Source: Candidatus Omnitrophota bacterium
GTDB taxonomy: Bacteria > Omnitrophota > Gorgyraeia > Gygaellales > Profunditerraquicolaceae
Length of the DNA: 64,000 bases
Reading direction: 5' to 3'
Assembly (NCBI GenBank): GCA_023247825.1
Contig: JAHFFR010000002.1
Span: 4,972-68,971, forward strand
Shown: piece after piece, positions 1 through 9,679 of the stretch
Position numbering within the stretch: the stretch's first letter is position 1
Layout: every line of letters starts with the position of its first letter
Program-made: the position numbers and the translations under genes
The notes under the pieces: model-generated
Databases searched by the model: none
What the model was told of the DNA's origin: nothing
What the model saw: only the letters and a program-made list of their open reading frames with translations

Positions 1-390
1 ATACATATCGAAGTCCCGCAGGTAAAATACCGCGAATTGTCTGATACGAAAGACGCGGAACCATCGCAGGCAATCAGGCAGCGCGTGGAAAATGCGCGCG
101 CAATCCAGCGGAAGAGATTTTCGGCCACAAATCGTGGCGGAAAAGATGAAGAGATATCCTGCAATGCCCAGATGCACGGTAAATTAATTAAAGAACATTG
201 CCTCCTAAGTGAGGAGGCAAAAGAATTGGTGCGTATGGCTATTTCGGAATTAGGCCTCTCAGCAAGGGCTTATGATAAGATATTAAAGGTGAGCCGAACA
301 ATAAGTGACTTGGCTGGCAGCGACCTTATCCTTGCCGAGCACGTTGCCGAAGCAATCCAATACAGAAGCTTAGATAAACAGCTAAATTAG
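1..390 (+). CDS. YifB/ComM-family Mg-chelatase-like AAA+ protein, C-terminal fragment (5' end outside window)
   Basis: Frame 1 is open from nt 1 (IHIEVPQVKYRELSD...) into the tracked ORF. The tail LSARAYDKILKVSRTISDLAGSDLILAEHVAEAIQYRSLD is the typical ComM/YifB C-terminal region. Confidence 0.7.
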   Translation: MHIEVPQVKYRELSDTKDAEPSQAIRQRVENARAIQRKRFSATNRGGKDEEISCNAQMHGKLIKEHCLLSEEAKELVRMAISELGLSARAYDKILKVSRTISDLAGSDLILAEHVAEAIQYRSLDKQLN

Positions 391-1379
391 GGGGTGGAGA
401 GTTCGATTGTTGCGGTAGCGCTGGAGGTGCCTCCGGCATCATCCTTAACTGTAAGGGTGGCGGTAAAATTACGTAAGCCGTAAGTAGTGCTCCAATAAGT
501 ATTCTCGGGGTTCTTTTTGGCAGAGGTATCCCCGTCACCGAAATCCCAGAGATAAGAAACGATTTTTCCCGACTTAGAATATGACTTCTGGCCGGAAAAT
601 TTCACTTTAAGCGGAGAGTAACCTTTTGCCGGCTTAGCAATAATTACCGCAACCGGCGGTTCTAATACTTTTTTGGTCACCGGTGTCTCTACGGCAACCG
701 GTTTAATTTCTACCGGCTGTTCAGCAACCGGAGCTGGTGCCGACGGCGCGCTAACTGGAACTGGCGGCGCCTGAACAGGCAAGGCTTGTTCAACAACAGC
801 CGGAGCCTGCGGCAGAGGTTCCGCAACGGCGCTAGAGGCTTTCGGCTCGGGCTTTAATGCAGGAAGCCCGGCTGTTGTAACCGTGCTTTTCGGTAAAGGC
901 TCCTTGGCCAAATCTTTAGCAATATATGCTTCGAGTTTTTCTTTTAAACTGCTTACGCGCGCTTTTTCAAACGCCTCACTTTCTTCCTCAAGCTTATCCA
1001 CTCTTCCTTTATATTTAGGATTATGATTATACCGGTAATCTGCCACGGCCCTAAACGGCCACGTAAAAATTCCCCCCACAAAATCCACAAACATCCCCGG
1101 CATCTCCCAGAAATCTTCTTTAAACCGCGACTCTATTTGGCCCATTTTCTTATAATAATACTCAACAGTAGGCCTGCGGCGCTTAAAGCGTTCCTTAGCT
1201 AATGTTAAATCCGGCAGGGATTTTTCTTTTCCAACGGTATATTCAATAATAGGTTTATCATCATAGCTGACCAGGTAACCCTGATTTGCGGCAACAGTAG
1301 ACTTCTGAAATTTATAAGTAGCGCAGCCCGATAAAATAAATGTAAAAAATAAAAGAGCTAAAATTTTCTTTAAAAACAT
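387..1379 (-). CDS. Lipoprotein with Pro/Ala-rich linker and C-terminal PKD domain
   Basis: N-terminus MFLKKILALLFFTFILSGC has a lipobox (LSGC). The C-terminus LWDFGDGDTS...NPENTY...FTATLTVKDDAGGTSSATATI matches the PKD-domain signature. Confidence 0.6.
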   Translation of the reverse strand: MFLKKILALLFFTFILSGCATYKFQKSTVAANQGYLVSYDDKPIIEYTVGKEKSLPDLTLAKERFKRRRPTVEYYYKKMGQIESRFKEDFWEMPGMFVDFVGGIFTWPFRAVADYRYNHNPKYKGRVDKLEEESEAFEKARVSSLKEKLEAYIAKDLAKEPLPKSTVTTAGLPALKPEPKASSAVAEPLPQAPAVVEQALPVQAPPVPVSAPSAPAPVAEQPVEIKPVAVETPVTKKVLEPPVAVIIAKPAKGYSPLKVKFSGQKSYSKSGKIVSYLWDFGDGDTSAKKNPENTYWSTTYGLRNFTATLTVKDDAGGTSSATATIELSTP

Positions 1380-1390
1380 TTATTCCTTTC

Positions 1391-1948
1391 TTACTTTCCC
1401 ATTAAAGCCAACGCTTCGGAGCGGGTCTTTTCGTTCTCTTTAAAAATTCCGCGCACGGCGCTGGTTACCGTCATTGTCCCGGGTTTTCTTACTCCCCGCA
1501 TAGACATGCAAAGATGCTCCGCCTCGATAACCACCATTACCCCCAGCGGTTTTAATTTACTCATCACGATCTCGGCAATCTGAGTAGTTAACCTCTCCTG
1601 GACCTGCGGCCGGTGAGCCAATATATCCACTACGCGGGCAAGCTTGCTTAATCCGGTTACCCGGCCGTTCTTGGGAATATAGGCGATATTTGCCGTGCCT
1701 AGAAAAGGCAGGAGGTGATGTTCGCAGACAGAATACAAAGGTATGCCGCGTAAAAGGATAATCTCATGATGTTTTTGATCAAGAATAACTTCCAGTTCTT
1801 TTTCCGGGTCCTGATTAATCCCCGAAAATATCTCCTCATACATCTGGGCAACCCGGCGCGGCGTCTGGCGGAGATCTTTTCTTTTGGGATCCTCGCCGAT
1901 TGCTCCTAAAATCTGGCGCACTGCTTTTTCAATCTTAATCCTATCCAT
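1391..1948 (-). CDS. folE: GTP cyclohydrolase I
   Basis: 185 aa with the motif [21 protein letters not shown] and the [12 protein letters not shown] block typical of FolE. Confidence 0.9.
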   Translation of the reverse strand: MDRIKIEKAVRQILGAIGEDPKRKDLRQTPRRVAQMYEEIFSGINQDPEKELEVILDQKHHEIILLRGIPLYSVCEHHLLPFLGTANIAYIPKNGRVTGLSKLARVVDILAHRPQVQERLTTQIAEIVMSKLKPLGVMVVIEAEHLCMSMRGVRKPGTMTVTSAVRGIFKENEKTRSEALALMGK

Positions 1949-2045
1949 ATGTTATCCGGCCCTTTAATCAGAACAGCAAAATTATACAGGTATTATCTAA
2001 TGAAAACTGCCTTTCTGCAATAAGTTTTTATTTTAACGTAAACTA

Positions 2046-2074
2046 TTGACTATTTTATCAAATATAATTATACT
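2046..2074 (+). promoter_or_regulatory. Sigma70-like promoter of the response-regulator gene (TTGACT, 17 nt, TATACT)
   Basis: TTGACT at 2046-2051 and TATACT at 2069-2074. The ATG at 2084 is only 9 nt past the -10, so the leader is very short or absent. Confidence 0.4.
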
Positions 2075-2083
2075 ATTCAAACT

Positions 2084-2470
2084 ATGGCAAAAAAACGGAT
2101 ATTAGTCGCTGACGACCAGGAAGAGATCCTCTCCCTGTTAAATGATTCTCTTTCCGGCTGCGGTTTTGAAGTCATGCTCTGCAAAGAAGCAAAAAATGTT
2201 TTGCAATCAATTAGATCATTTAAGCCCAACCTTATACTGCTTGACCTGCTCATGCCTGACCTCGGCGGATTTGAAATCTGCGAGATTTTAAATAATGACC
2301 CCCAAACCCACGGTATCCCCATAATTATAATCTCAGGATTTGGCGATTTGGTTGATATAAAAAAGGCTTATAAATTAGGCGCGGTAGGTTACTTTGTCAA
2401 GCCGTTCGCCTTAAGCGACTTATGCAAAGAAATAGATAAAGTCCTCGCTAACAAAGAAAAAACTCTCTGA
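2084..2470 (+). CDS. Single-domain response regulator (CheY-like receiver)
   Basis: Acidic pocket ILVADDQ, phospho-acceptor LILLDLLMPDLGG and conserved K in YFVKP. 128 aa with no output domain. Confidence 0.85.
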   Translation: MAKKRILVADDQEEILSLLNDSLSGCGFEVMLCKEAKNVLQSIRSFKPNLILLDLLMPDLGGFEICEILNNDPQTHGIPIIIISGFGDLVDIKKAYKLGAVGYFVKPFALSDLCKEIDKVLANKEKTL

Positions 2471-3850
2471 TTATTTTCCGATACAAAAATCAGTAAAAAT
2501 CCTGTCGAGAATATCCTCTGAAAAACTCTTGCCTAACAACTTATCCAAATAAGCACAGGCATCCTTTAAATCCTGGGTAATGAATTCCTGCGAAAGCTTG
2601 CCTGCCAAAGACTCTTTCGCCTGGCTGATTAATTTTTTAGCATTCCTTAGCGCCCGGATATGCCTTAAATTGCTCACGGCCAGAAATTCCGGAGCATGCA
2701 GTTTGCCCTTAAAAACAAATTCACAAAGCGCATCCTCAAGGTTATTGATATTTTTTGCTGATTTTGCGCAAAGCCGGACTACTTTACTAAATTCCTTAAG
2801 AATCTGATCTTTTTCAATGCGGCTCTTTAGGTCAATCTTATTGATTACCGCAATAGCATTTTTATTTTTTACTTCCTTGATTAATTTCCTGTCTTGGCCA
2901 TCTAATTTAGAGCTTGCGTCAAATAAAATAATTACCAGGTCCGCTAATTTGATATATTCCCTTGAACGCTTAACGGCTTTTCTCTCAATCAGGTCGCGCG
3001 GCGCGAGAATCCCGGCAGTATCGACAATCCTGACCGGTATGCCTTTTATATCAATTATCTCTTCAATGGTGTCGCGGGTTGTTCCGGCAACAGGAGTGAC
3101 AATGGAACGTTCTTTTTTAAGTAAAGCGTTTAAAAGCGAAGATTTCCCCACGTTTGGCTTACCGCAAATGACCACATGGATACCTTCGCGCAATACCCTG
3201 CCCGCTTGAGCGCTATCCAGTAATTTATCTAACTCTGCATCAATATAGGCAATGCCTTTTGATATTTCCGCCGCATCAAGCCCGATGCCTTCTTCGGGAA
3301 AATCGATATTTGCATCAAGGATCACTAAAATATCCAATAATTTCTGACGGATTTTGCTTATTTCTTTTGACAGCCCGCCGCTTAACTGGCCTAAGCTTAC
3401 CTTAAGCGCAGAATCGGTTTTTGCGCGGATAACATCAATCACCGCCTCTGCCTGGGTAAGGTCAATCCTGCCGTTTAAAAAAGCGCGCTTGGTAAACTCT
3501 CCGGGAGAAGCAAGGCGAGCTCCGCTGGCAAGCGTCAAACCCAAAACATTACGTAAAGCCACAATCCCGCCGTGGCAGTTTATCTCAACGATATCCTCCC
3601 GGGTATAAGATTTAGGCTTGCGCATAACCGTAAGAATAACCTCGTCGATAATTTTACCTTTATCGCTGATGTTGCCATAATGCATCGTATAGCTCTTAAA
3701 TTCCGCGCGCTTGGCTTTACCGGCGGGAAAAAATATTTTATTTGCTATGGCCAAGGCTTTCGGGCCGCTTATGCGCACAATGCCGATTCCGCCTTCACCG
3801 GGCGCAGTTGAAATCGCACAAATCGTATCGCCTAAATTATCTTCAAGCAT
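2471..3850 (-). CDS. mnmE: tRNA modification GTPase MnmE
   Basis: G1 motif GKPNVGKSSLLNAL, G-domain DTAGI and the diagnostic C-terminal FCIGK. Confidence 0.9.
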   Translation of the reverse strand: MLEDNLGDTICAISTAPGEGGIGIVRISGPKALAIANKIFFPAGKAKRAEFKSYTMHYGNISDKGKIIDEVILTVMRKPKSYTREDIVEINCHGGIVALRNVLGLTLASGARLASPGEFTKRAFLNGRIDLTQAEAVIDVIRAKTDSALKVSLGQLSGGLSKEISKIRQKLLDILVILDANIDFPEEGIGLDAAEISKGIAYIDAELDKLLDSAQAGRVLREGIHVVICGKPNVGKSSLLNALLKKERSIVTPVAGTTRDTIEEIIDIKGIPVRIVDTAGILAPRDLIERKAVKRSREYIKLADLVIILFDASSKLDGQDRKLIKEVKNKNAIAVINKIDLKSRIEKDQILKEFSKVVRLCAKSAKNINNLEDALCEFVFKGKLHAPEFLAVSNLRHIRALRNAKKLISQAKESLAGKLSQEFITQDLKDACAYLDKLLGKSFSEDILDRIFTDFCIGK

Positions 3851-5156
3851 TTCTGAATTCTCCGACTACAAATAACGAACCCGTAACTAAAATCAAGTCT
3901 TCTTTATGCGCCAAACTTAGGGATAAAAGCTTAGCTTCTTTTACGCTTTGCGTCAAATATAGATTTCTCTTAAAATAAACGGAAAGCTTCTTTGGATCGG
4001 TTGCGCGCAAAGTCGCCGCGCGGGTAAGGATAACTTCATCCGCCAGCGGAGCAAGCGTCCCGCATATTCCGGAGATATCCTTATCAAGCGAGATCCCTAA
4101 AACTAAAATAAGCCTTTTATATTTTCCGCCGGAGGCGGATCCGCCTTTGGCGGAAAAATTATCTTCTATCGCTGATTTTAAAACACGCGCTGACGCCGAA
4201 TTCTGCGCGCCATCTAAAACAATCAAAGGCGATTTTTTAATTACCTCGCACCTGCCCGGCCAGCGGGTATTTTTTATTCCCCGGCTAATTGCCCCGGCGC
4301 TTATTTTAACTCCATAACTGCGCAATGCCTCTATCGCTCCAATTGCGCAGGCAGCATTGATCAATTGATGCCTGCCGATTAAATTCATTTTTAACTTAAG
4401 TGTTTTGATGTCATTGCCTGTTATCCGTAACTTTGCCCCTACCTCTTTACACTTGTTCTTAATTACTCTTTGCGCCTCTTTTCCCTGCGGCGCAGAAATT
4501 ACTATTGCCCCTTTATTTTTTATAATCCCCGCCTTCTCCGCGGCTATCTTTGCCAAGGTCGGACCCAGCTTTTGCACATGTTCATAGCTAATCGGCGTAA
4601 TCACCTGCACCAAAGAACCGGCGGTATTAGTAGCATCAAGCCTGCCGCCCATACCGGTTTCTAAAACCACAAAATCAACTCGCTTGCGCTTAAAATAAAG
4701 AAAGGCCAAAGCGGTGTAAACCTCAAAAAAAGTAAGCGGCCCATACTTAGAACAGCGGTTATATTTATTAATTAGCGGTTTTAATTCTTTAACCAAAGAA
4801 GATAGGGCTTTTTGAGAAATCATTCCTTCAAAATCTCCTCCGGAGCGCCTCAAGCGCTTGTAGACAGGAGGCTCGAGTATCCTGATTCTTTCCCTGAAAT
4901 CATTCAGGTGGGGAGAGGTATACAGCCCGGCGCGAAAACCCGCTTCTTTGAGGATATAGGCAATAAATGCGCAGGTTGAGCCCTTACCTTTTGAGCCGGC
5001 GATATGAATAACGCGCAGAGATTCTTGGGGGTTTCCTATAACGCAAAGGAAGTTCTGGATACGCTCCAGCTTAAGTATTTCTTTATAGGAATAGTTTGTG
5101 TTTTTTTCGCAGTTAACGAAGGAATTTAAATATCTTAGAACCTGCAGGTAGGACAT
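3843..5156 (-). CDS. folC: Folylpolyglutamate synthase / dihydrofolate synthase (Mur-ligase family)
   Basis: P-loop HIAGSKGKGSTCAF, Mur-ligase central and C-terminal pattern, 437 aa. Confidence 0.8.
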   Translation of the reverse strand: MSYLQVLRYLNSFVNCEKNTNYSYKEILKLERIQNFLCVIGNPQESLRVIHIAGSKGKGSTCAFIAYILKEAGFRAGLYTSPHLNDFRERIRILEPPVYKRLRRSGGDFEGMISQKALSSLVKELKPLINKYNRCSKYGPLTFFEVYTALAFLYFKRKRVDFVVLETGMGGRLDATNTAGSLVQVITPISYEHVQKLGPTLAKIAAEKAGIIKNKGAIVISAPQGKEAQRVIKNKCKEVGAKLRITGNDIKTLKLKMNLIGRHQLINAACAIGAIEALRSYGVKISAGAISRGIKNTRWPGRCEVIKKSPLIVLDGAQNSASARVLKSAIEDNFSAKGGSASGGKYKRLILVLGISLDKDISGICGTLAPLADEVILTRAATLRATDPKKLSVYFKRNLYLTQSVKEAKLLSLSLAHKEDLILVTGSLFVVGEFRNA

Positions 5157-5159
5157 ACA

Positions 5160-6719
5160 TTAGTGCTTAAAATGCCGCACACCTGTTGTGACCATGGCAA
5201 TTTTATATTTATCGCAGGCGGCAATAATTTCCTGATCCGCGATAGAGCCTCCGGGCTGGATTATTGCCCCGGCCCCTGCTTTATGCGCCCAGATAATAGC
5301 GTCTGCTTTGGGAAAAAACGCATCTGAAGCCAGGCAGCAGCCCCGGCTAAGCTTGCCGGATTTATTTTTTGCGATCATTACCGAATCTACGCGGGACATC
5401 TGCCCTGCGCCAATACCCACAGTCCTGTTTCCACGGGCCAAAACTATGGCATTGGATTTTACATGCTTGGCGACTTTCCACGCGAAAATCAGGCTCTGCA
5501 TCTGCGCCTTGCTTGGCTTTTTCTTAGTCACTACCTTAAGGTTATTTTCATCCAAGGTCAACAGGTCTTTGCCTTGTAAAAGCATACCGCCGCTAACACG
5601 TTTAAACTCCGGCTCATCAACTATACTCAGATCATTTAATTCAAGCAGGCGCAAATTTTTCTTTTCTTTGAATAAATTTAATGCCTCTTTATCAAAACCG
5701 GGGGCGATAATACATTCCAGAAAACCGCTTTTAGCTATTAATTTTGCGGTTTTTAAATCCATATTTCTGTTTAATGCCACAATACCGCCGAATGCCGAAA
5801 GCTTATCCGTTTTCCAGGCATTTAAAAATGCTTTCCCTAATTCCTTGTCCTGTGAAACACCGCAGGGGTTATTATGTTTGAGGATCACTGCGGCCGGATC
5901 CTGAAACTCCTTAACCAATTCAACCGCGGAATTAAGATCAAGGATATTATTAAAAGAAAGCCCCTTGCCTTGCAGTTGTTTTAAATTAGCCAGGCCGGAG
6001 GATTTACCTTTTTCTCTGTAGAAAGCCCCCTTTTGATGAGGGTTCTCGCCGTAACGTAAATCCTGTATTTTCTTAAAATTTAAGGCCAGTTCGTCGGGAA
6101 AACTTGATACCCCCGGCCCGGCAGCTGGGGCTTGTTTATTTAAATACCCATAGATTGCCGCGTCATATTTACTGGTATGGCCGTAAACCTCGATACCTAA
6201 CTGGCGCATTAAATCACCTGATAAGGCGCCGTTATTCTTTTTTAACTCGGCAATCACCTGGGGATAACGGCTGGGATTACAAATTACCGCGACCGACTGG
6301 TAATTTTTAGCAGCTGAGCGCAGCATAGATGGCCCGCCGATATCAATATTCTCAATAATTTCTTCGATAGTTACCCCGGGCTTACGCGCAGTTTTTTCAA
6401 AAGGATATAAGTTAACTATAACCATATCGATGAGGCCGATATTCTGCTCATCCAAAGTGCGCATATGTTCGGGGTTTTTTCGCAGCGCAAGCAGTCCGGC
6501 GTGGATCTTAGGGTGCAGGGTTTTTACCCTTCCGTCGAGTATTTCGGGAAATCCCGTGTATGCTGAGACTTCGGTTACAGCAATATTATTTTCGCGCAGC
6601 AGTTTTGCCGTGCCGCCCGTAGAAATAATCTCTACGCCGAAATTCTCTAATTCTCTGGCTAATTCTATAATACCGGTTTTATCCGATAAGCTGATAAGCG
6701 CGCGCTTAATCTTAACCAT
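5160..6719 (-). CDS. purH: Bifunctional AICAR transformylase / IMP cyclohydrolase
   Basis: N-terminal MGS-like KRALISLSDKTG...STGGTAK, full-length 519 aa, C-terminus TGVRHFKH. Confidence 0.95.
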   Translation of the reverse strand: MVKIKRALISLSDKTGIIELARELENFGVEIISTGGTAKLLRENNIAVTEVSAYTGFPEILDGRVKTLHPKIHAGLLALRKNPEHMRTLDEQNIGLIDMVIVNLYPFEKTARKPGVTIEEIIENIDIGGPSMLRSAAKNYQSVAVICNPSRYPQVIAELKKNNGALSGDLMRQLGIEVYGHTSKYDAAIYGYLNKQAPAAGPGVSSFPDELALNFKKIQDLRYGENPHQKGAFYREKGKSSGLANLKQLQGKGLSFNNILDLNSAVELVKEFQDPAAVILKHNNPCGVSQDKELGKAFLNAWKTDKLSAFGGIVALNRNMDLKTAKLIAKSGFLECIIAPGFDKEALNLFKEKKNLRLLELNDLSIVDEPEFKRVSGGMLLQGKDLLTLDENNLKVVTKKKPSKAQMQSLIFAWKVAKHVKSNAIVLARGNRTVGIGAGQMSRVDSVMIAKNKSGKLSRGCCLASDAFFPKADAIIWAHKAGAGAIIQPGGSIADQEIIAACDKYKIAMVTTGVRHFKH

Positions 6720-7420
6720 TACTTATTAAAGCGGAAGTTAACCAAATCCGCGTCTTGCATTATATAATCCTTTTGCTCAAGGCGCATCAAGCCCGCCTGT
6801 TTGGCGCCGGTTTCCCCGCCGTGCGAAATAAAATCGGCAAAACTTATAATTTCGGCGCGGATAAAACCCTGCTGTATATCAGAGTGGATAGCCCCGGCTG
6901 CAACCCAGGCGGTAGTGCCTTTCTTAATTAACCAGGCGCGGTTCTCTTTGTCCCCTACGGTAAGGAAACTGATAAAGCCGCTTTCTGCCAAAACCCTGGC
7001 TAACAAAACACCCATATTTTCCAATTCTTCTTTATTTATTACAATCACCGGCTTGAGAGTAAGCAAACCGTATCCGGAAACAACCTCTTTTTCCTGATCA
7101 GTTAACCCGATGGCTGAAATAAAATCTTCTTTTTCTAAAACTGACTTCATTTTATCTAATATTATTTTTTCTTTATCTTGGGGGGCTTTAGCAAGGCGGG
7201 TTTCCACAAAATCCAAATCGCGCAGGATAAGATCGGTTTTAGCGTCCTTTGGAATAATTATGATATCCGCATCAAGGGCAGCATCCTCTGATACTAATTC
7301 CACCTGGGGATAAGTCTTCTTCTTGGCTTTGACCAATTTATCTGCCTGATCAAGCTTATCATTCTTTACGTTCTGTTTACCCGGAATGATCTCAGGTATT
7401 GCAAACGCGCTTATTTTCAT
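6719..7420 (-). CDS. YchF-like protein lacking the P-loop G domain (DUF933/TGS-like C-terminus only)
   Basis: The C-terminus RAWLIKKGTTAWVAAGAIHSDIQQGFIRAEIISFADF...GLMRLEQKDYIMQDADLVNFRFN matches the YchF C-terminal domain. No GxxxxGKS/T motif occurs anywhere in the 233 aa. Confidence 0.7.
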   Translation of the reverse strand: MKISAFAIPEIIPGKQNVKNDKLDQADKLVKAKKKTYPQVELVSEDAALDADIIIIPKDAKTDLILRDLDFVETRLAKAPQDKEKIILDKMKSVLEKEDFISAIGLTDQEKEVVSGYGLLTLKPVIVINKEELENMGVLLARVLAESGFISFLTVGDKENRAWLIKKGTTAWVAAGAIHSDIQQGFIRAEIISFADFISHGGETGAKQAGLMRLEQKDYIMQDADLVNFRFNK

Positions 7421-7430
7421 ATGAGTAGTA

Positions 7431-7485
7431 GGGGACAGCGACTATTTTTTAGTAATATCTTCGGTAAAAAATAGTCGCTGTCCCC
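7431..7485 (-). terminator. 20-bp perfect inverted repeat hairpin between kamA and the YchF-like gene
   Basis: GGGGACAGCGACTATTTTTT (7431-7450) pairs perfectly with AAAAAATAGTCGCTGTCCCC (7466-7485), with a 15-nt loop. The A/T runs sit inside the stem rather than after it. Confidence 0.5.
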
Positions 7486-7491
7486 AATTTC

Positions 7492-8679
7492 CTATTCTAG
7501 GTAGGTGTAAATCTTGCCCTTGTAGTTACGCAATACATATTTACCCTTGGCCTGGGAAAGGATATAATTCGGGCCTACGGGAATTTTTCCGCCGCCGCCC
7601 GGTCCGTCGATAACGTAGGTCGGAACGGCATAACCGGAGGTATGCCCGCGTAATTTTTCAATAATATTTATCCCGACAGCTACAGGGGTGCGGAAATGCT
7701 GCGTGCCCCTGACCGGATCGCACTGGTAAATATAATACGGCCTTACCCTTATCTGCAGAAGGTCATGCATCAACCGCCTCATAATAAATGGCCGGTCATT
7801 GATGCCTTTAAGAAGCACCGACTGGCTGCCTAAAGGTATGCCGCCTTCAGAGAGCATATCACAGGCGTTCTTGCAGCGCTTAGTAACTTCCTTGGGATGA
7901 TTAAAGTGGATACTCATCCAGACGGGTGAATATTTTTTCAGCATGTTTACCAGGTTTTCAGTAATACGCTGCGGTAAAGTTGCCGGGACACGCGTGCCTA
8001 TCCTTAACAATTCAATATGCGATATATCGCGGATTTTCGCAATTAAAGATTCCAGGGCACCATCTTCTAAGGTAAGCGGGTCTCCTCCTGAAATCAACAC
8101 ATCCCTGATTTTACGGTTGGCCTTGATATATTCTAAAGCCGCGTCAAATTTGGTCTCGGGATTTAATTCCTTCTCCTCATGGTCGCCGACTAAGCGCCGG
8201 CGGGTGCAATGCCGGCAATACATCGCGCAATGCTCCGTGGCCAATAACAAAACCCTGTCCGGATACCGGTGCACTAAATGCGGCGCCGGAGAATCGCGTT
8301 CTTCGGCGCAAGGGTCGGCCATTTCATGAGGAGAAATAGAAAATTCATAGTTAACCGGGACAGACTGCCTTCTTATCGGGCATTCCGGATCATCGGCATC
8401 AATCAGGCTTGCCCAATAAGGGGTAATTGCCATCGCCAGCCTGCCTTTGGCTTTATCGATCCCCTTCTCCTCTTCAGGAGTAAGTTTAATGATTTGAGCC
8501 AATTCTTCCTTGGTGCGTATCCTGTGTTTGAGCTGCCAATGCCAATCCTCCCAATCCAGCGGATTGACATCTTTAAAAAGAGGGATCTGCTGATAATCGC
8601 GCAAGCGCTTTGAAGGCCGCGGAATAGGCAATGTTTCAATTTGCGCTTTTTGATTCTCCAAGCTTACAGGATTGCTCAA
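7492..8679 (-). CDS. KamA-family radical SAM aminomutase (lysine 2,3-aminomutase-like)
   Basis: Radical-SAM CAMYCRHCTRR, GGDPL, YQCDPVRGTQHFRTP and YVIDGPGGGGKIP. Both Asp positions that I recall as lysine-contacting in clostridial LAM are retained. Confidence 0.85.
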   Translation of the reverse strand: MSNPVSLENQKAQIETLPIPRPSKRLRDYQQIPLFKDVNPLDWEDWHWQLKHRIRTKEELAQIIKLTPEEEKGIDKAKGRLAMAITPYWASLIDADDPECPIRRQSVPVNYEFSISPHEMADPCAEERDSPAPHLVHRYPDRVLLLATEHCAMYCRHCTRRRLVGDHEEKELNPETKFDAALEYIKANRKIRDVLISGGDPLTLEDGALESLIAKIRDISHIELLRIGTRVPATLPQRITENLVNMLKKYSPVWMSIHFNHPKEVTKRCKNACDMLSEGGIPLGSQSVLLKGINDRPFIMRRLMHDLLQIRVRPYYIYQCDPVRGTQHFRTPVAVGINIIEKLRGHTSGYAVPTYVIDGPGGGGKIPVGPNYILSQAKGKYVLRNYKGKIYTYLE

Positions 8680-8680
8680 T

Positions 8681-9679
8681 TTAAGCCTTCTTCCTTTCTG
8701 AGGCGCTCATTAGTATGGCCTCGATAAGATCTTCATATTTCATCCCCGCGGCATATGCCATTATGGGAAAATTAGATTCTTTGGGGTCTAATCCCGGTAA
8801 AGGATTGATCTCTAAAACATAAGGCACATTAAATTTATCCAAACGGATATCGGTGCGCGAAATATCCAGGCAACCCATCGCCCGATGCGTGCGTAAAGCC
8901 ACATCTTTTACTTTTGCCTCTATTTCCTTATCCAGCCTTGCCGGGCAATAAAATTCAGGGACTAGCCCTAATTCCCTGTTGCCCTGGAACTCCTTCATTT
9001 TCCAGGAGTAAAAATACTCCCCGCTTTTTTCACAGTTAGAAAAATCTATTTCCAAAATCGGCAGCACCCGGGTTTTACCGTTTTCTAAAATACCTACCGT
9101 CAGTTCTTTGCCCTCGATAAACTCCTCGACTAAGGCCTCCTGGTGATAAACATTTATACATTCTCTGACCTTTTTAAAAAGGTCGTCTTCATTATCGACC
9201 ACATTTGTCTTATTTATCCCTTTTGCCGAGCCTTCGCAATTGGGCTTAACAATTAAAGGGAACTTAAGCCCCGCGGCTAACGGCTCATCGCCTTTTACAA
9301 AAAGCTGAAAAGCGGGAGTAGGGATATTTTCTGCTTTTAATATTTTTTTGGTCAGCGCCTTGTTTAATGCCAGGGCAAGAGAGAATGTGTCTGAGCCGGT
9401 GTAAGGTATATTTAAATAATCCAGCACCGCCGGCACTTCGGATTCGCGGAAGCGGCCGTGTTTTCCCTCGGCGATATTAAAAACCATATCTACGCGGTTT
9501 TTCCTGAAATATGAAAATAAGGCCGGATACTCTACATCAATCGCATCCACAGAATGCCCCTTGGTTTTAAGCGCCGAGATAACGGAATTAATCGTTTCCT
9601 GCGAATCGCATTCGGAGAAATAATCCGCCGGCTTTAGAGGGTCCTTCTTTTTTAAATTGTAGGTAAGCGCGACCCTCAT
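8681..9679 (-). CDS. ATP-grasp ligase, D-alanine--D-alanine ligase-like (paralog 2)
   Basis: PLIVKPNCEGSAKGI, EEFIEGKELTVGIL and YVLEINPLPGL are ATP-grasp motifs. One nt separates it from kamA. Confidence 0.75.
   Translation of the reverse strand: MRVALTYNLKKKDPLKPADYFSECDSQETINSVISALKTKGHSVDAIDVEYPALFSYFRKNRVDMVFNIAEGKHGRFRESEVPAVLDYLNIPYTGSDTFSLALALNKALTKKILKAENIPTPAFQLFVKGDEPLAAGLKFPLIVKPNCEGSAKGINKTNVVDNEDDLFKKVRECINVYHQEALVEEFIEGKELTVGILENGKTRVLPILEIDFSNCEKSGEYFYSWKMKEFQGNRELGLVPEFYCPARLDKEIEAKVKDVALRTHRAMGCLDISRTDIRLDKFNVPYVLEINPLPGLDPKESNFPIMAYAAGMKYEDLIEAILMSASERKKA

Noticed and set aside
5308-5904. Long antisense ORFs inside confirmed genes (e.g. 5308-5904, 28573-29163, 31769-32371, 45314-46009, 58825-59460, 36350-36790, 37381-37848)
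   Set aside because: They lie opposite well-supported genes (purH, pyrD, carB, the giant gene, dnaA, pyrC, pyrB). Their products are Ser/Leu/Ile/Phe-rich shadows of the sense codons, with no motifs.
8403-8639. Same-strand out-of-frame ORFs nested in genes (8403-8639, 13363-13617, 23472-23702, 25577-25777, 32742-32957, 39611-39793, 59186-59371, 326-538, 2077-2322)
   Set aside because: They sit entirely within or across stronger ORFs in another frame and have no independent start context or recognisable sequence family.
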